This document shows positions 1 to 11,928 of a stretch of 64,000 nt of DNA, piece after piece (positions within the stretch are counted from its first letter, which is position 1; each line of letters opens with the position of its first letter). The DNA comes from Intoshia linei. Lineage: Eukaryota; Animalia; Orthonectida. The position numbers and the translations under genes are program-made. The notes below the pieces were generated by a model. It saw nothing but the letters and a program-made list of their open reading frames with translations, was not told where the DNA came from and did not search any database. The stretch lies in assembly GCA_001642005.1 (NCBI GenBank), contig LWCA01000031.1:1-64000 (forward strand), written 5' to 3'.

Positions 1-700
1 CGACATATTAAATTTGTATAGATTGCTCGAGATACTATTTCTGATGTTTTATTTTGTATTGGAATACATTCAGTCAAACCAGAATAATGGTCCATCATAT
101 TCAATGAGTAAACGTTACCATTTTCCGTTTTAGTAAAAAGTCCCATTATGTCTATCTGCCATAATTGATTGAAGTATTTAGTAATAACTGGGTTCATTTT
201 ATTATGTCTATGGTAATTACGGGCTTTTGATATATTACATTTTTCACAATTTTCTACAAATGTTTCCATATCTTTATGCATTCCTACCCAAAAATAGCGA
301 CTTCTGATAATCTGAAGCCTTTTGGTTTTTCCAGGGTGTACATAAAGTTTTAACTTATGAAAGTAGCATAATATATCATTTTTTATGGAATTAGAAACAA
401 TTGGAACGATTGTTTTATTTCGATAATGTAGTAATCCTTTTACAATTTCCAATCTAGCTTGATAAAAACCGTATGGGTTTCCTTTCGGTATTTTTACATT
501 GTTATTAATTGAATTCACAGCAGTTTTAATATCCATATCTTTCAATTGTATAATTTTTAAGTTAAAAGGATCATTATTCAGTGATATACTATTTGTATTT
601 CGTGATAAAACGTCTGCTTATATGTTAAGGTGACCTGGTCTATACGTTATACCAAAATCGAATTCTTCCATGTATTCTATCCATCGATATTCATTCATTA
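1..700 (-). mobile_element. Ty3/Gypsy LTR retrotransposon pol remnant (RNase H end plus integrase), disrupted, runs off the window edge
   Basis: Minus strand reads RWIEYMEEFDFGITYRPGHLNI*ADVLSR (RNase H end, with an internal stop), then HPGKTK...RYFWVGMHKDMETFVENCEKC (integrase zinc finger) and WQIDIMG...MMDHYSG (integrase core). RNase H-then-integrase order is Gypsy-type. Confidence 0.85.
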
Positions 701-712
701 TTCATACATCAT

Positions 713-1486
713 CTAGTTGTATATTTTTAACACACACAAAAAATTTCATTTAATTGACGCTTTCACAGTCAAAAAAGCAGTTAAGTACATATTTGTATTC
801 ATATTTTTTTATTCCGAAAATATTTTATTAGCAGAATGTAAAACAAAACATTTTAAATAATTAACGGTCCGACAATTAAAATAAAGAATTTTCTGATACA
901 GCTTATTGCAGTTAATATAAATACAAAATTTCAACCCTAGACATGTACGCATTCCCGATGAAAAATGTGCATTTAACGTTTCACATTTCCAATAAAGATT
1001 TCCTTCGGATTTCTTTTGATTGCTACGCAATTTTTCATTCTCAAATACTCATTTTCAAAAAATTTAGCGAAATATTAAAACTACAGCAACTAAAAGTACA
1101 AATTTGTTATTAGGGCAAACTTAATATAACCTATAAAAAAAATTGTAACTTTATTAATGTATAAATGAAAATTTTTTAAAAATACAAAATACATATTTTT
1201 TCAGTTTATTTATATTGGCTATCATAAGGGCAAACTTTTTCTAACCTATAAAAAATACATTAAAAATTCAATTTGGGATTTCAATTTCAAAATAATTTAA
1301 AATATTAAGATTTATTATGGTACAATATTAAATATTTTTTAACGTTACTATTTATTAATTTAATTATTTATTAAATTGGTAATGATTCATGTTAGAGTAA
1401 ATTTAAATTTTTAATGTTAAATTAAATAAGTCCACTCTCCGCAAAGCTAGGTGCTGTTTGTACGTAGTACAAAACAGCCATGATAG
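713..1486 (+). mobile_element. Non-autonomous Helitron copy (internal part plus 3' end)
   Basis: Body matches other copies such as 36230-36720. Terminal hairpin CTGTTTGTACGTAGTACAAAACAG at 1454-1477, then ATAG|T (a CTAG variant). The 5' boundary is approximate. Confidence 0.7.
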
Positions 1487-1704
1487 TTAGTCTATAATGT
1501 AGTATATATTCTTTTAGAGTTATCAATTACTTGATTGTAAGATATCAACTTTGTAAATTTAGATTTAGTTTATTTATAGGTTGATATAGATACAGTATGA
1601 ATATACTATTTATAAAACTAATAGTTACAATATGGTGTCGTACATAAGTTCTGTAACAGAACATACAATGAAAGTTTCGTAAAAATGTAAAATAAAATTT
1701 AACT

Positions 1705-4408
1705 TTATTTATAAATTCGTTTATAAGTTTTTGTGTATATTCCTCCGACTTTGATGTTGATAATCAATAATATTAAACTGGAAGCGATCATACAACATCC
1801 TCCAATTGCATATAAAAGCATAATATTATTTTGTACTTTGGCATTTAAAATAATATCTAAAATGTACGTTATCTATTTAAAGTTGGTCATATAACCAATT
1901 TTATTATAACTTATATACTAGTCTTGTAATTTGTTCAGTCTGGAATTGGTTTGGGTAAATGATATTTCTATTAAAAATAAAAATCCATACTCCCCAAGAA
2001 AATTGTAAAAATTAACTTATGATAATTGATTAATTAAAAATGCTAATAAATTTATTCGAATTGGACAAAGGTCGCTTCTTTAAAAACATTAAAAACCACT
2101 AATGTAAAGTGTATTATTACCATTGAGTTTTGATCCAGCCAACATAGATATACCAGTTGTCATTGAAAAGTAAGCGTAAGAATTGTTGAAATATTTTTCT
2201 TTGATCAAGAGTTTAATGCAAAATGGTGGCATAATCAGAATTGATGCATAAAAAAAAGAATATATAATGTGACAGATAAAAACATAGTATATATTTACAA
2301 AAAATTCCAATAGAAAAAAAGTGATTCCAGTAATAAAAATTGACACTGAAAAAATTAGCAATCTTGAAAAATTTGAATAATCACAATAAGAGCCAATAAA
2401 CAATTGACCAGCTCCACGCGACAATGACATACAAGAAACCAAAATAGTACTGTTGAATGTTGGAAATTTTTTTTTTAGTTGATAAACTATACAAACAAAA
2501 GGATTTGATGAATTCAAACCAATCATAAATCCACAAACGAGAAAAATGGTATAATTAGGATTGAGAAACATTTCCAATTGAATTTTTTTAAAAATTTTTA
2601 TAAATTGTTCACTCGTTTTTTTTTTTTTCTTCACCAACTCTTCGATTTCAACTTGTTCTGTTTTAGGAGGAATGTAAATTAAACACAAAGGTATTAAAAC
2701 TATCCCAATTCCTCCACCCAATATGTACATATAAGCTTTTAATCCAAAGTGTACGGCTGCCAAAATGAAATAAGGAAATATGCTCCCTCCAACTGAAGAT
2801 CCTAATGTCAGAAAACCCAATGCTTTTCCTAAATTTTTATCGTAATATGCAATTACTGCCAAGTATGAAGTATGATACAAAAATCCGAGTCCAACACTTG
2901 CTACAACACTAACCATTAGTAAGCACAATGTCCAGTTTTGGTATACATCGTATAGAATTATAGACATTACGTAAATTACAGAACCTATAAATATCGGAAT
3001 TCGGTATCCTATTTCATTTACCATGCATGAAGATAATAAGCCTAAATGTATATTAATTTATTTTTAATTTGATTGAATTTTAACGGTTGTTACATAATAA
3101 AAAGGTGTCATTATTGGCTCTATTATTATCCTGATTTGAAAGTCAATAAAGAAAAAAGTTTACCCTAGACAGGATTACCAACTATGTTGCAATAAAATCA
3201 AGACATCGTGATGTTACGACGCAGACACATCAAGTAAATATTATTAATTCGATATTCGTGCAATGCAGATTAATTAAACATATAATTATTAGACTCGACA
3301 TGTTCCAAACAAATCATTTTACTAAAATAACTTATGGTGTACGTGTATTATGTACCCAAAATTAGTATTATTTCCAAAAATTAAATAATTATTTATTAAT
3401 TAATATTAATTAAAAAAACCGATTTTGCACGTGAATGCCTTTTTTGATTTTAAGCTTTTATCCAAAAAAAATTAAATGATATTGATAAATCGTATAAACC
3501 ACAGTGTTTTTTATATGTTGAAAGGTTTTTTCTAAGTCAAATTTAAAGCCATTTTTAACCATTTCAGCTAACAATTTTTTGTTATCGTAGTTATATTATT
3601 AACTTTTTTCGAATTTAAGTTTATTACATTTATATATTATATTTACATTTATTTATATTTTTGGTGGTAACAATAACAAACATAAATCAAATACAAATAT
3701 GTCTCAATTTTTTTAGAGAAATCCCGGAAAATTTAATTCCCGAAAATTAGTAAATATCCCGGGAATTTTGTCCCGGTTTTTTCCCCGGTCAATCACTAGT
3801 GCCAAGTGGAAAAAGGAAGAACCCATGCTATAATGTTAAAATTGTAATCATGTAAAATATGTAAAAAAAAACATGTATAAAATTTTTATTATAACGCTGG
3901 CAGCAAAATACATAATTGAGACCGTAGAATTGACACACCTAATAAATACACCCATTTCCTGTTACTTTCATTATAATTACTTTTTATTATAAAGAATTAT
4001 TTGGAACACCTTGTTACTTATATACAATGTATAGTATACATGCATATAACCTCCAATGAAAATACCTTCTACTCTATAATCTAGGGTATTAACCTTTTTT
4101 ACCATTTCGATTGTTGACTTACCTTTAGTTATTTTCAATACAAATGAATTACAAATTTTTCAACATACATGAATTGGTCATATAAATAATTTATACAAAA
4201 AATTAACCAAATTACCGATTAGGTGAGGTACTGCATAAGCAATCAAAGTGAAAGATGACATAGTAGATTGATCAATATCATATTTTTGATTAAAATACAC
4301 CAACAAAGATGGTATGGAAAACGACCAACCATCCGCAATAAAATATATTATAAATGAAGCAACAACAACCACAATCCCGTACGTTCCATCGACAGTTCTC
4401 GATAACAT
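1705..4408 (-). CDS. SLC16/monocarboxylate-transporter-like MFS protein, paralogue A (about 421 aa). Exons 4408-4216, 3041-2121, 1856-1705
   Basis: DGTYGIVVVVASF...IADGWSFS (SLC16 TM1 signature), YYDKNLGKALG...GSSVGG (TM4-5 loop), about 12 hydrophobic segments. Two phase-1 GT-AG introns join in frame. Confidence 0.85.
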
Positions 4409-4644
4409 GACTGTTAGATTTTAATTTAGCTTGATATTCTGTTTATGTTTCAAATCTTAATAATTAAATAAACAATAAACCATCTAGCTCATGCAATCAA
4501 ACTTTTTTCATTTCGCGAAACAGATTCCGTTCAGTTAATAATATAATAAACAGGGTTTTTATGTAATTTGTATTACTACATATCGAAAAGTAACAAACCA
4601 TTATCAATATCTTTAAATATGATAACTGAAACATGGATATAGAT

Positions 4645-4892
4645 CAGGGACCGGCAAACTTTTGCATCTCGTTGGCCACTTTTTTATACCAAAAATTAAC
4701 ACACGATACATTTCAATTTTAACTGAATGAAACGGTTCTGTATATTCAACAAAATATAAGCCAGGGCGATCTGAAAATTAAATATTATCAGCCAATTACA
4801 GTATGTCTAGTAGAAAATGGTTTAAAGATTAAAAAAACAAAAAAGAAATAATTTATATATTTACTCAAAGGGCCATTAGTTGCTTACCCCTG
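4645..4892. mobile_element. hAT (Buster-like) MITE
   Basis: Ends CAGGGACCGGCAAAC and GTTGCTTACCCCTG. Flanks ATATAGAT/ATTTAGAT (7/8 TSD match, central TA). A related copy lies at about 17370-17605. Confidence 0.65.
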
Positions 4893-5184
4893 ATTTAGAT
4901 AAATGTTTTCTTGAGTTTTCATATAACTTAATTTTGTAATTATGGTAATTTTTGTTTGGTTCAAGAATGTTACCAACATAAAAATATTCAAAAAAATTAC
5001 AATATACAATTGTATACTAAAATTAAATGTTCTAAAATAATTTCCTGTCTCTTTCAATGCGAGAATTGAAAATAAATCAATAAAGTCAACTTTACCTTAT
5101 TTTGACCATATTATATTCACACAATGATGCAATATTCATAGAATTTTATATTTACATTTATCTTTTACGTACTTTATACATGTA

Positions 5185-6097
5185 CTAATTGACTGTTATG
5201 TACGACGCACAAACAGTATCTAGCTCTGCCGAGACCGAATATTTTTATTCTACCAAAAAAATACATTCAATATAAAATTTTCCTAAAATGAAAATTTATC
5301 AAAAAAGGCTTTTTTTAACGTAAAGCCGTCACTTAGTCAGATTGAAATTTTTTGTTTGAGTTAATTGGATATAACTATCATAAGTAATTTTTTTAAAAGT
5401 ATAGGACTGGTTTCATTTTTTCAAACAACGGTTATCTGGAATTTTGATCGTGAAAATGCATGTTTTTGAAATTGCCGTTTATGATTTTAAAAACTACCCC
5501 GAATTTATGTTGTATACCATTTTAGGACTTTTTTAATAATAACAAAAAGGTAATTTGTGGTTTAGGTCGTGTAGATATAAGATTTTTAAATTGAACATTA
5601 TCGTAATGTGTATGATTTAAAATCATTATCAGATGTGTATTTTTTATAATTCTAAGATGGGTTTGAATTTAAAAAATAGACAATTGGAGTTTTTGACCTT
5701 GACGGACTCAATTTCTGAAAATGAAATTTGCAATAAAACAATTTTGTCGAAATGATTTTGTATTTGAAGACTTAATTTTTTAAATAAACGGTTATACTGA
5801 TTTTAGTACAGTATGTAAAAAGTAATTTACAGGCATTTCCAAATGTATGTTTGCTTTTGTATTTGTTCGTTTTTTTTTTCAGTTTATTGAGTTTTTCGAG
5901 TGTGGTTTTATCGCATATTTCATTTTCATAAATTGTGTCTGTCAAGATCAAAAACACAATTCTCCTTTTTTTAAAAATTTAACTCTAACAAAGTGACGCT
6001 TTCACTGTCAAAAACCCATATTGGCATATAAACTAAAAAGTCGCTCCTCGGTATATCTAACTGGTGTGTATACAAAGTAGATAACAGTCAAGTTAGT
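5185..6097. mobile_element. Helitron-family fragments: a minus-strand 3' end at 5185-5235 with its body, and a decayed plus-strand end near 6050-6097
   Basis: GACTGTTATGTACGACGCACAAACAG...TAGCTCTGCCGAG is the reverse complement of the family terminus. The body matches 28620-28950. Confidence 0.6.
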
Positions 6098-6431
6098 TAA
6101 TTTAATAATTTGAACAATATGAATCTATGAGTAAAAATCCTCTCGTTTCCAACAAATAGTTTTTCGTTTCAGTTTACGGAAAATAACATTTTATAAAGTT
6201 GAAAATTTTCAGTTATCTGATTACACATATGAGAAAATTAGAACAATTATTAAATCATAACCGACTGGACATAATCAGGGTCGTTGTTTTTTGAATTGTA
6301 ATAAAAAAACAGTCAAATCATGCAGAATTTTAAATGAAACAATTAACTTCGTATAAGTTGTTAAAATACATTTAAAATGTGATATTATACATGAGGCACA
6401 CATGATATACTATCAAATAGTACACATTTAA

Positions 6432-7877
6432 TTAAAGTTGTATACCAATATTGAAAATGTCATTAATATTCTGTATAAAATTTCGGATAAAAATGTTATC
6501 ATCAAATTTTAGAGATTTATTTCTTGCATTAGAAATAATAACATCCAATTGAGAATTATTCATGTGGTAATAGTTGAACAAGCATTCTGCATACTCTTCT
6601 GGCTGAACGGCTAATTTCCCACAAATATCATTTTTATTTTGATTCTCACAAATTATATCTAATTTAGGCCCACCAGAATTATGAGCAATTACGGGAACCC
6701 CAGCAGCCATGGATTCCACAATACCTATTCCAAAATGTTCTTCTTTCATAGCGTGAATGGAAACATTTGAACTGATAAGGACATTAACAAAGTCGATATG
6801 GTCAAGATTAACCAAAAACTGAACAGATTTACTAATATTTAATTCTATGCATTTTTCTTTCAAAACACGTAATATTTTGAAATGATGTTCAATTTTAGCC
6901 CCACCAACTAATTTCAAGCATAGCTCCTTCGTAAATTTATTTTGAAATTTTTTGATAAAAAAGGACCAAGCTTCAAGTACACATAAATGGTTCTTTTCCA
7001 GTCTAAATTGAGCAACATAAATAACGTTAAATGATTCGTTATTCATTTTCTTGGATTTGCTTATAAAGGTTTGAGCAGGGACGGGAGGATATAAAATTTT
7101 CAAATTACTATGAAGAGGGTGTAATATTTTTTTCAAGTGTTGGTAGGTCCATGTACCATTTGCAAATATACACAATGAACAATTATAGGAAATGGAATAT
7201 AATCTATATAAAAGATTTAAGTAAACGTGTTTACATTGTCGCAAAATTGAAGAGGATGAAACAAACTTTGAATGGTTATAACTATTTTCACAAGATTTTG
7301 ATTGGCCTATCATTATGTCAGTAATAAAAGGGTAATGGACATATTGAATAGATTTCATTCCAGAGAAAAATTTTAAAGATAATATAATAACTGAATATCC
7401 TGATGTATCTATAATTACATTTGGACGGTTCTTTAAAAAAGTAATAATTACATTAAAAGAAACCAAAATAGAAGCCAATGTTTGAAAAAGCAAAGTACAT
7501 ACAGGATAATTTGACGCCTTCAAAATACTAGCAAAATGTATAGGTGTAATTGTTAACCTATGTGTCACAATCTCAATACCAAACATGTCCTTCACTTTTT
7601 CCAATATTATAGATGAATCTGTAGTGGTGACGGATTTTTGGTCGCAATATACTATAACATTCACTTTACTAAAAATAAATAAAAATTTACAAATATATAT
7701 AAACCTATATTTAATGAGAGAACTTATACAAACCCACAAAACTCTTTCGCCGCCGCCTCCAGATAAACAATCTGGGTGGAAAAAGGCAACTGTATTTAAA
7801 TCACGATTTTTGTATTTTCGAACATAGTAATAAACCAATATCGAAGTTAATATAATAAGAAATAAAATAAATTCCAT
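6432..7877 (-). CDS. ALG11: GDP-Man:Man3GlcNAc2-PP-Dol alpha-1,2-mannosyltransferase (about 469 aa after removing a probable 36-nt intron, 7669-7704)
   Basis: N-terminal TM, FFHPDCLSGGGGERVLW, YVHYP, AQFRLEKNH, EEHFGIGIVESMAAG, AHNSGGPKLDII. All are ALG11-type motifs. Confidence 0.95.
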   Translation of the reverse strand: MEFILFLIILTSILVYYYVRKYKNRDLNTVAFFHPDCLSGGGGERVLWVCISSLIKYRFIYICKFLFIFSKVNVIVYCDQKSVTTTDSSIILEKVKDMFGIEIVTHRLTITPIHFASILKASNYPVCTLLFQTLASILVSFNVIITFLKNRPNVIIDTSGYSVIILSLKFFSGMKSIQYVHYPFITDIMIGQSKSCENSYNHSKFVSSSSILRQCKHVYLNLLYRLYSISYNCSLCIFANGTWTYQHLKKILHPLHSNLKILYPPVPAQTFISKSKKMNNESFNVIYVAQFRLEKNHLCVLEAWSFFIKKFQNKFTKELCLKLVGGAKIEHHFKILRVLKEKCIELNISKSVQFLVNLDHIDFVNVLISSNVSIHAMKEEHFGIGIVESMAAGVPVIAHNSGGPKLDIICENQNKNDICGKLAVQPEEYAECLFNYYHMNNSQLDVIISNARNKSLKFDDNIFIRNFIQNINDIFNIGIQL

Positions 7878-8479
7878 ATCAAAACTTTATTAACAAAAAC
7901 TTCATTCCATTTCATCTTCAATCGGTGTTAAAGTTACTTGTTCCTTTATTAACTGGATTAATAATTAATTAATACAAACAATATTATAATAATATGATAA
8001 TTCATAAATGATATGATAATTCATAGAGCTCCCCTTCATCTGCCAACTAAACTGGAAATTCTTAAAAAAATGTTGCCAACAAGTTACCCTCAAAATAACA
8101 ACACGAACCTTATTAATTAATATAAAATTAAAATTATCGTGATTTAATGTACTTAAACAAAATTACATAAGTACCTTATCATAAGGCAAAATGTTAAGTG
8201 CGGCTCAATACACAATTTGAGCCTTATATTTTGCTATATACATATATATGTAGGCGTGTTTTTAAATTTAAATTCTTGATTTTTCAATTATTTATTGTTT
8301 TGATATAAATGACATTTGCTTTTAAAAAATTTGCATTTTAGTTTTATGCAAAAAAATACGACTCGTAGTGTCTAAGGGTTAATAGAAAGTACCCTGTCAT
8401 TGTTGAAGTCAAAGACACTTGTACGTCATCACAATTATTTACTTTACATGATATTTCAAATCATGAATTGTGGAGTAAT

Positions 8480-9012
8480 CCAGAGTGACCATACATTATT
8501 CAACAAGATCAACGCTCTAAATCTTAATTGGTTGGACGTTAAAAACATTGGGGTTTTAATCGATTTTAAAAGTATTTTAACTGATTCTAAGTGGCATAGT
8601 AAATCACAATTTCATTTACATAATTATAAATGCCTTAAAATTTTTGGAAAATTTGACATTCAATATGCTATGAGTGAAACGACAAAAATAAAAAAAGAAG
8701 AGCATAACTTATATATTAAAAATAATATAAAATATTTAAAACACTTAACAAATGCAGTATTGTATCTTTGCAAACAGAAAATGCCATTGCGCGGACACGA
8801 TTAAAAGTAATAATAGTCTGAATCGAGAAAATTATAGAGAACTCCTTTTTTGTTTTGCAAAAATTGATGATTCTTTTAAATAAAGAAATTTCATATTTTA
8901 GCGAAGTCTCAAGTGAATTCATAAAGATACTATTTTTTCTATCGATAAAGTTATTCAAAATAAGATTAAAAGTGAAGTTGAAAGTTGTAAATTTATATCT
9001 GTTCAGGATGAT
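8480..9012 (+). pseudogene. hAT transposase remnant (ZMYM1/DUF4371, Tip100-like)
   Basis: NNIKYLKHLTNAVLYLCKQKMPLRGHD followed by a stop, then NRENYREL and later EVESCKFISVQDD. Contains stops and frameshifts. Confidence 0.75.
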
Positions 9013-9014
9013 CC

Positions 9015-9064
9015 CTCGGTAAAGCTGGGTGCTGTTTGTACGTAGTACATAACAGTCAACCTAG
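9015..9064 (+). mobile_element. Isolated Helitron 3' terminus
   Basis: CTCGGTAAAGCTGGGTGCTGTTTGTACGTAGTACATAACAGTCAACCTAG. Confidence 0.7.
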
Positions 9065-9154
9065 CTAATTATAAAATAATATTAATTTTCATCATACTCT
9101 TTAATCTTTCAAGGACGTTTAGAATAGTAAATAAAGCAAAAATGTAAAACAACT

Positions 9155-9259
9155 AGAGATTTCAACCTTTCCAAAGAGTCTTCTGAACTTCTGGCTTCAA
9201 GACTCAAAGAAAAGAATCTACTTCAGCCTAGAACTCTAATAACCTTTTATAGAAAGCGC
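9155..9259 (+). pseudogene. Chapaev3-type (CMC) transposase fragment
   Basis: RDFNLSKESSELLASRLKEKNLLQPRTLITFYRKR matches the characteristic RDLNLSKxxSELLASRLKEKNLL motif as I recall it. Confidence 0.7.
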
Positions 9260-9868
9260 TATATGTAAAAATGTAAAACTAAATATTGTATCAAACTCTA
9301 TATCAAAAATGAGACATACACTGAAAGATACTTTCGAAAAAAAAATGTCCATTTAGGACACCCTAATTCACAAACTGCTAACTAGTTATATTGAATTTAA
9401 TCTAATTAAATATTGAAATGAAGAATAAATAATGATATAAATTAATATTGATGCTTTTTTAGGAAAATCTTTGAAATTCAAGTATATTTTAACAGGTGGT
9501 AAAATAAAAAATTGACAGTTTTGTACATCAATTAGGCATTTTTATAATGTATCATTTTAACGTAGCCTTGTAAATGGTTAATGCGATTCTTTAAGGATAG
9601 AACCAACTTGAAATGTCACAAGAAAAATTTTATCAATTTATCAAAAATGTATCAGGATCATATACGTTGGAAAAAGATGAAATGACTCCGCTGATCATAG
9701 AGATTTGATAAAAAATAGTCACATACAAACAATTGGCTACGACAAAAACCCTATAAAATTGGAGTGGTACCACCTTATCCAATACTATTTTCAAGTATTT
9801 TTAAAATCTGTGACAATATACGCAATTCTAAAGATCAGCCATAAAATTGTAGCATATATGATAACTAG

Positions 9869-10390
9869 ATGGGTCTGTACGAGAGTAGAGAATTGGAAAT
9901 TATAGAATATGTCGGTGCTGGAGAAAAAAATACAGAAATTCCAGTGTTCATACAAAGTGATTTGAATTTATCGAATACACAAGTTTTAAAATTAGCTAAA
10001 CATTTACGAGTAACTATAGGTAGGAGGCAATGTATGGAACCTAATGTGAAAACTGAATTACAGATCATGAACCATAGTCTGGATAACTTTTTTACACTTT
10101 TTTTCTAAGAGATTTAAATTTAAGAAAAAGTAAAAAAATCAAATGTTGTAATTAAACCATTCATTTGTTGCAACAATATTAATGAGCTAGTTCAGAAAGT
10201 CCAAAAAATTCGTGGTAAACACTACACACATTTGAAGGTTGGAATTGATGGAGGTGGATTTTTCAAGATATTTCATTTAACTAATTTCAAAATTATCAGT
10301 TTCAAGTTTAGCTATGTTTGAGTCTACTGAATGCAGATGAAGAAGAGAGTACTTTCAAGAGACAGTTTTACAGTGATGGTGTATAGTAGG
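9869..10390 (+). pseudogene. Chapaev-like (CMC) transposase fragment
   Basis: SDLNLSNTQVLKLAKHLR...EPNVK..L, then FICCNNINELVQKV and LKVGIDGGGFFKI. Frameshifted. Confidence 0.55.
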
Positions 10391-10421
10391 TCAATTTATA
10401 GTAATTTTACGAATATTTCAT

Positions 10422-10481
10422 ACTATACCTGTCACTGCATCCTCCGCTGAAGGAAAATTTAGTAAACTTAAATTAATTAAA
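10422..10481 (+). pseudogene. hAT C-terminal dimerisation-domain fragment
   Basis: TIPVTASSAEGKFSKLKLIK, compared with the consensus TIPVTSASAERSFSKLKLIK. Confidence 0.7.
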
Positions 10482-10705
10482 GCATCAAAGTTTAAATGAG
10501 TTTCCCATTTCGATAATTTTTCCTTGCAAAAATAGCTGAAGGGTGAAAGCCTTTAATAAGTTTTGATCTAGCCTTTAAAGTTTAAAGACACGATTTGTGA
10601 TACTTTTGTAAATACACTAAACTTTTGTCTAAGCTTTCTAGGGTACAAAAAAATCATAACGTACTATAATTGTACTTCCCGACAATTTAACGATGTTCCA
10701 ACATG

Positions 10706-11082
10706 TCAATGCAAAAAATCAAGAGACCGCTGAACTATACCAATGTAAAAAATTATATCAAAAATAAAAGATTTATAAAGGAGTAAGAACGCAAAGCCAA
10801 ATGTAGTAATTACTGATTTTTGGTAGTCGACGGCATCGCTGACGCAAGAATATATTTTAATGAATAGTTCCTTTGGCATATTGTCCTTCAATACCATCAT
10901 AAAATTAAGAGGCTGAGGGTTCATTAAAATAGCTTCACTAATTTCTTCTACTCCTTCTTCAATTAAACCTTAAAACATAAGTTGGTTCAATTAACATAAA
11001 TAAATAAATTACCATTTTGCAATAATTCGTCAGAATGTTGCATTTTTTGCATCATTTGTTCTTGACCACCATTTTTTGCGTT
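10706..11082 (-). CDS. TOM20/MAS20-like mitochondrial import receptor domain. Exons 11082-11013 and 10968-10706; the 5' exons (up to about 11391) and the true 3' end are unresolved
   Basis: The spliced reading EQMMQKMQHSDELLQNG|LIEEGVEEISEAILMNPQPLNFMMVLKDNMPKELFIKI aligns by eye with the TOM20 pattern EVQLGEELLxQGxxExGVEHLxNAxxVCGQPQQLLQVLQQTLP. 44-nt GT-AG intron at 10969-11012. Confidence 0.5.
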
Positions 11083-11928
11083 CTAAAAATAATATTCTAA
11101 TCAGTGCTACTCAATTTCATCACTTGCAACAATGAATTGTCAATTTTTACCTTCCATCGATATAATACAATAAAGAAACGAACAAAAATGATCTGACTGT
11201 GATTCTTAATTTTCCTCGTTACTTATGCTGGACACACTGCCTAATAGATGAGTTCATTAGACCAAAAATTTGTTAGTGTATTAATAATATCACATCTCTG
11301 CAATTATAAATGTATCTCTTCCACAACTGAACACACCGAAAACCTTTTTGGTGAGGGGCTCGATGAAATTTTTGTAAAATGTCGTGCTCATATTACCAAA
11401 TTATGAAAAAAATTATTTTGTGGGTGAAATTTAAAATGTCGAGTCCAAACCAGTGGAGGTAGCTAGGAGCCATATGACTTTACGCGGCGTTAGTCTGTAA
11501 CCACTTGCTTAAAAACTTAATATCCCAGAATATTAAAAAACACAGATTCTGGGAAAGTTTTTTTTCTGAGTGTGTATATCATAAATATGGACTTTCAAGA
11601 TTACTTGTATTCTTTTTTTAATTTTTTCCGTTTTTTTGGCATTGCGTTCTATATAAAGAATTAACAAAATATAAATTTTGAAAAATTACTTTCTTTGAGA
11701 ATGTTCCAAAAATTAGGATGGCTTCTACGTTTATAATCAAAATAAACACAATAAGAGGCAAAAGCTACTCCAACGGACGCAGCAATTAAAGGTAATTTAG
11801 TATAGACTTGAAATAACATATTCGCGATATTAAGTTATTATGTTGATTATAAATTAATTACTTGTTTCTAACAAAATAAATTAAATTAAACTTCATTTAT
11901 CAAAATTTTTAATATCGTAAAATAAAAA

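Noticed and set aside
618-620. In-frame stops inside conserved motifs (the Gypsy TAA here, also in hAT, Tc1 and Chapaev fragments) as a possible alternative genetic code
   Set aside because: They are confined to frameshifted TE relics. All host genes translate cleanly with the standard code and end in TAA or TGA.
809-1030. Related short ORFs here and at 23622-23819, 24805-24993, 36001-36225 and 37178-37375, resembling a small gene family
   Set aside because: They are chance open frames in Helitron copies, and the frames are not preserved between copies.
1454-1486. Recurrent TGTAC-GTA-GTACA hairpin as a terminator or dispersed ncRNA family
   Set aside because: It sits consistently just before CTAG|T or a close variant, usually at the end of a shared repeat body, which a Helitron 3' terminus explains.
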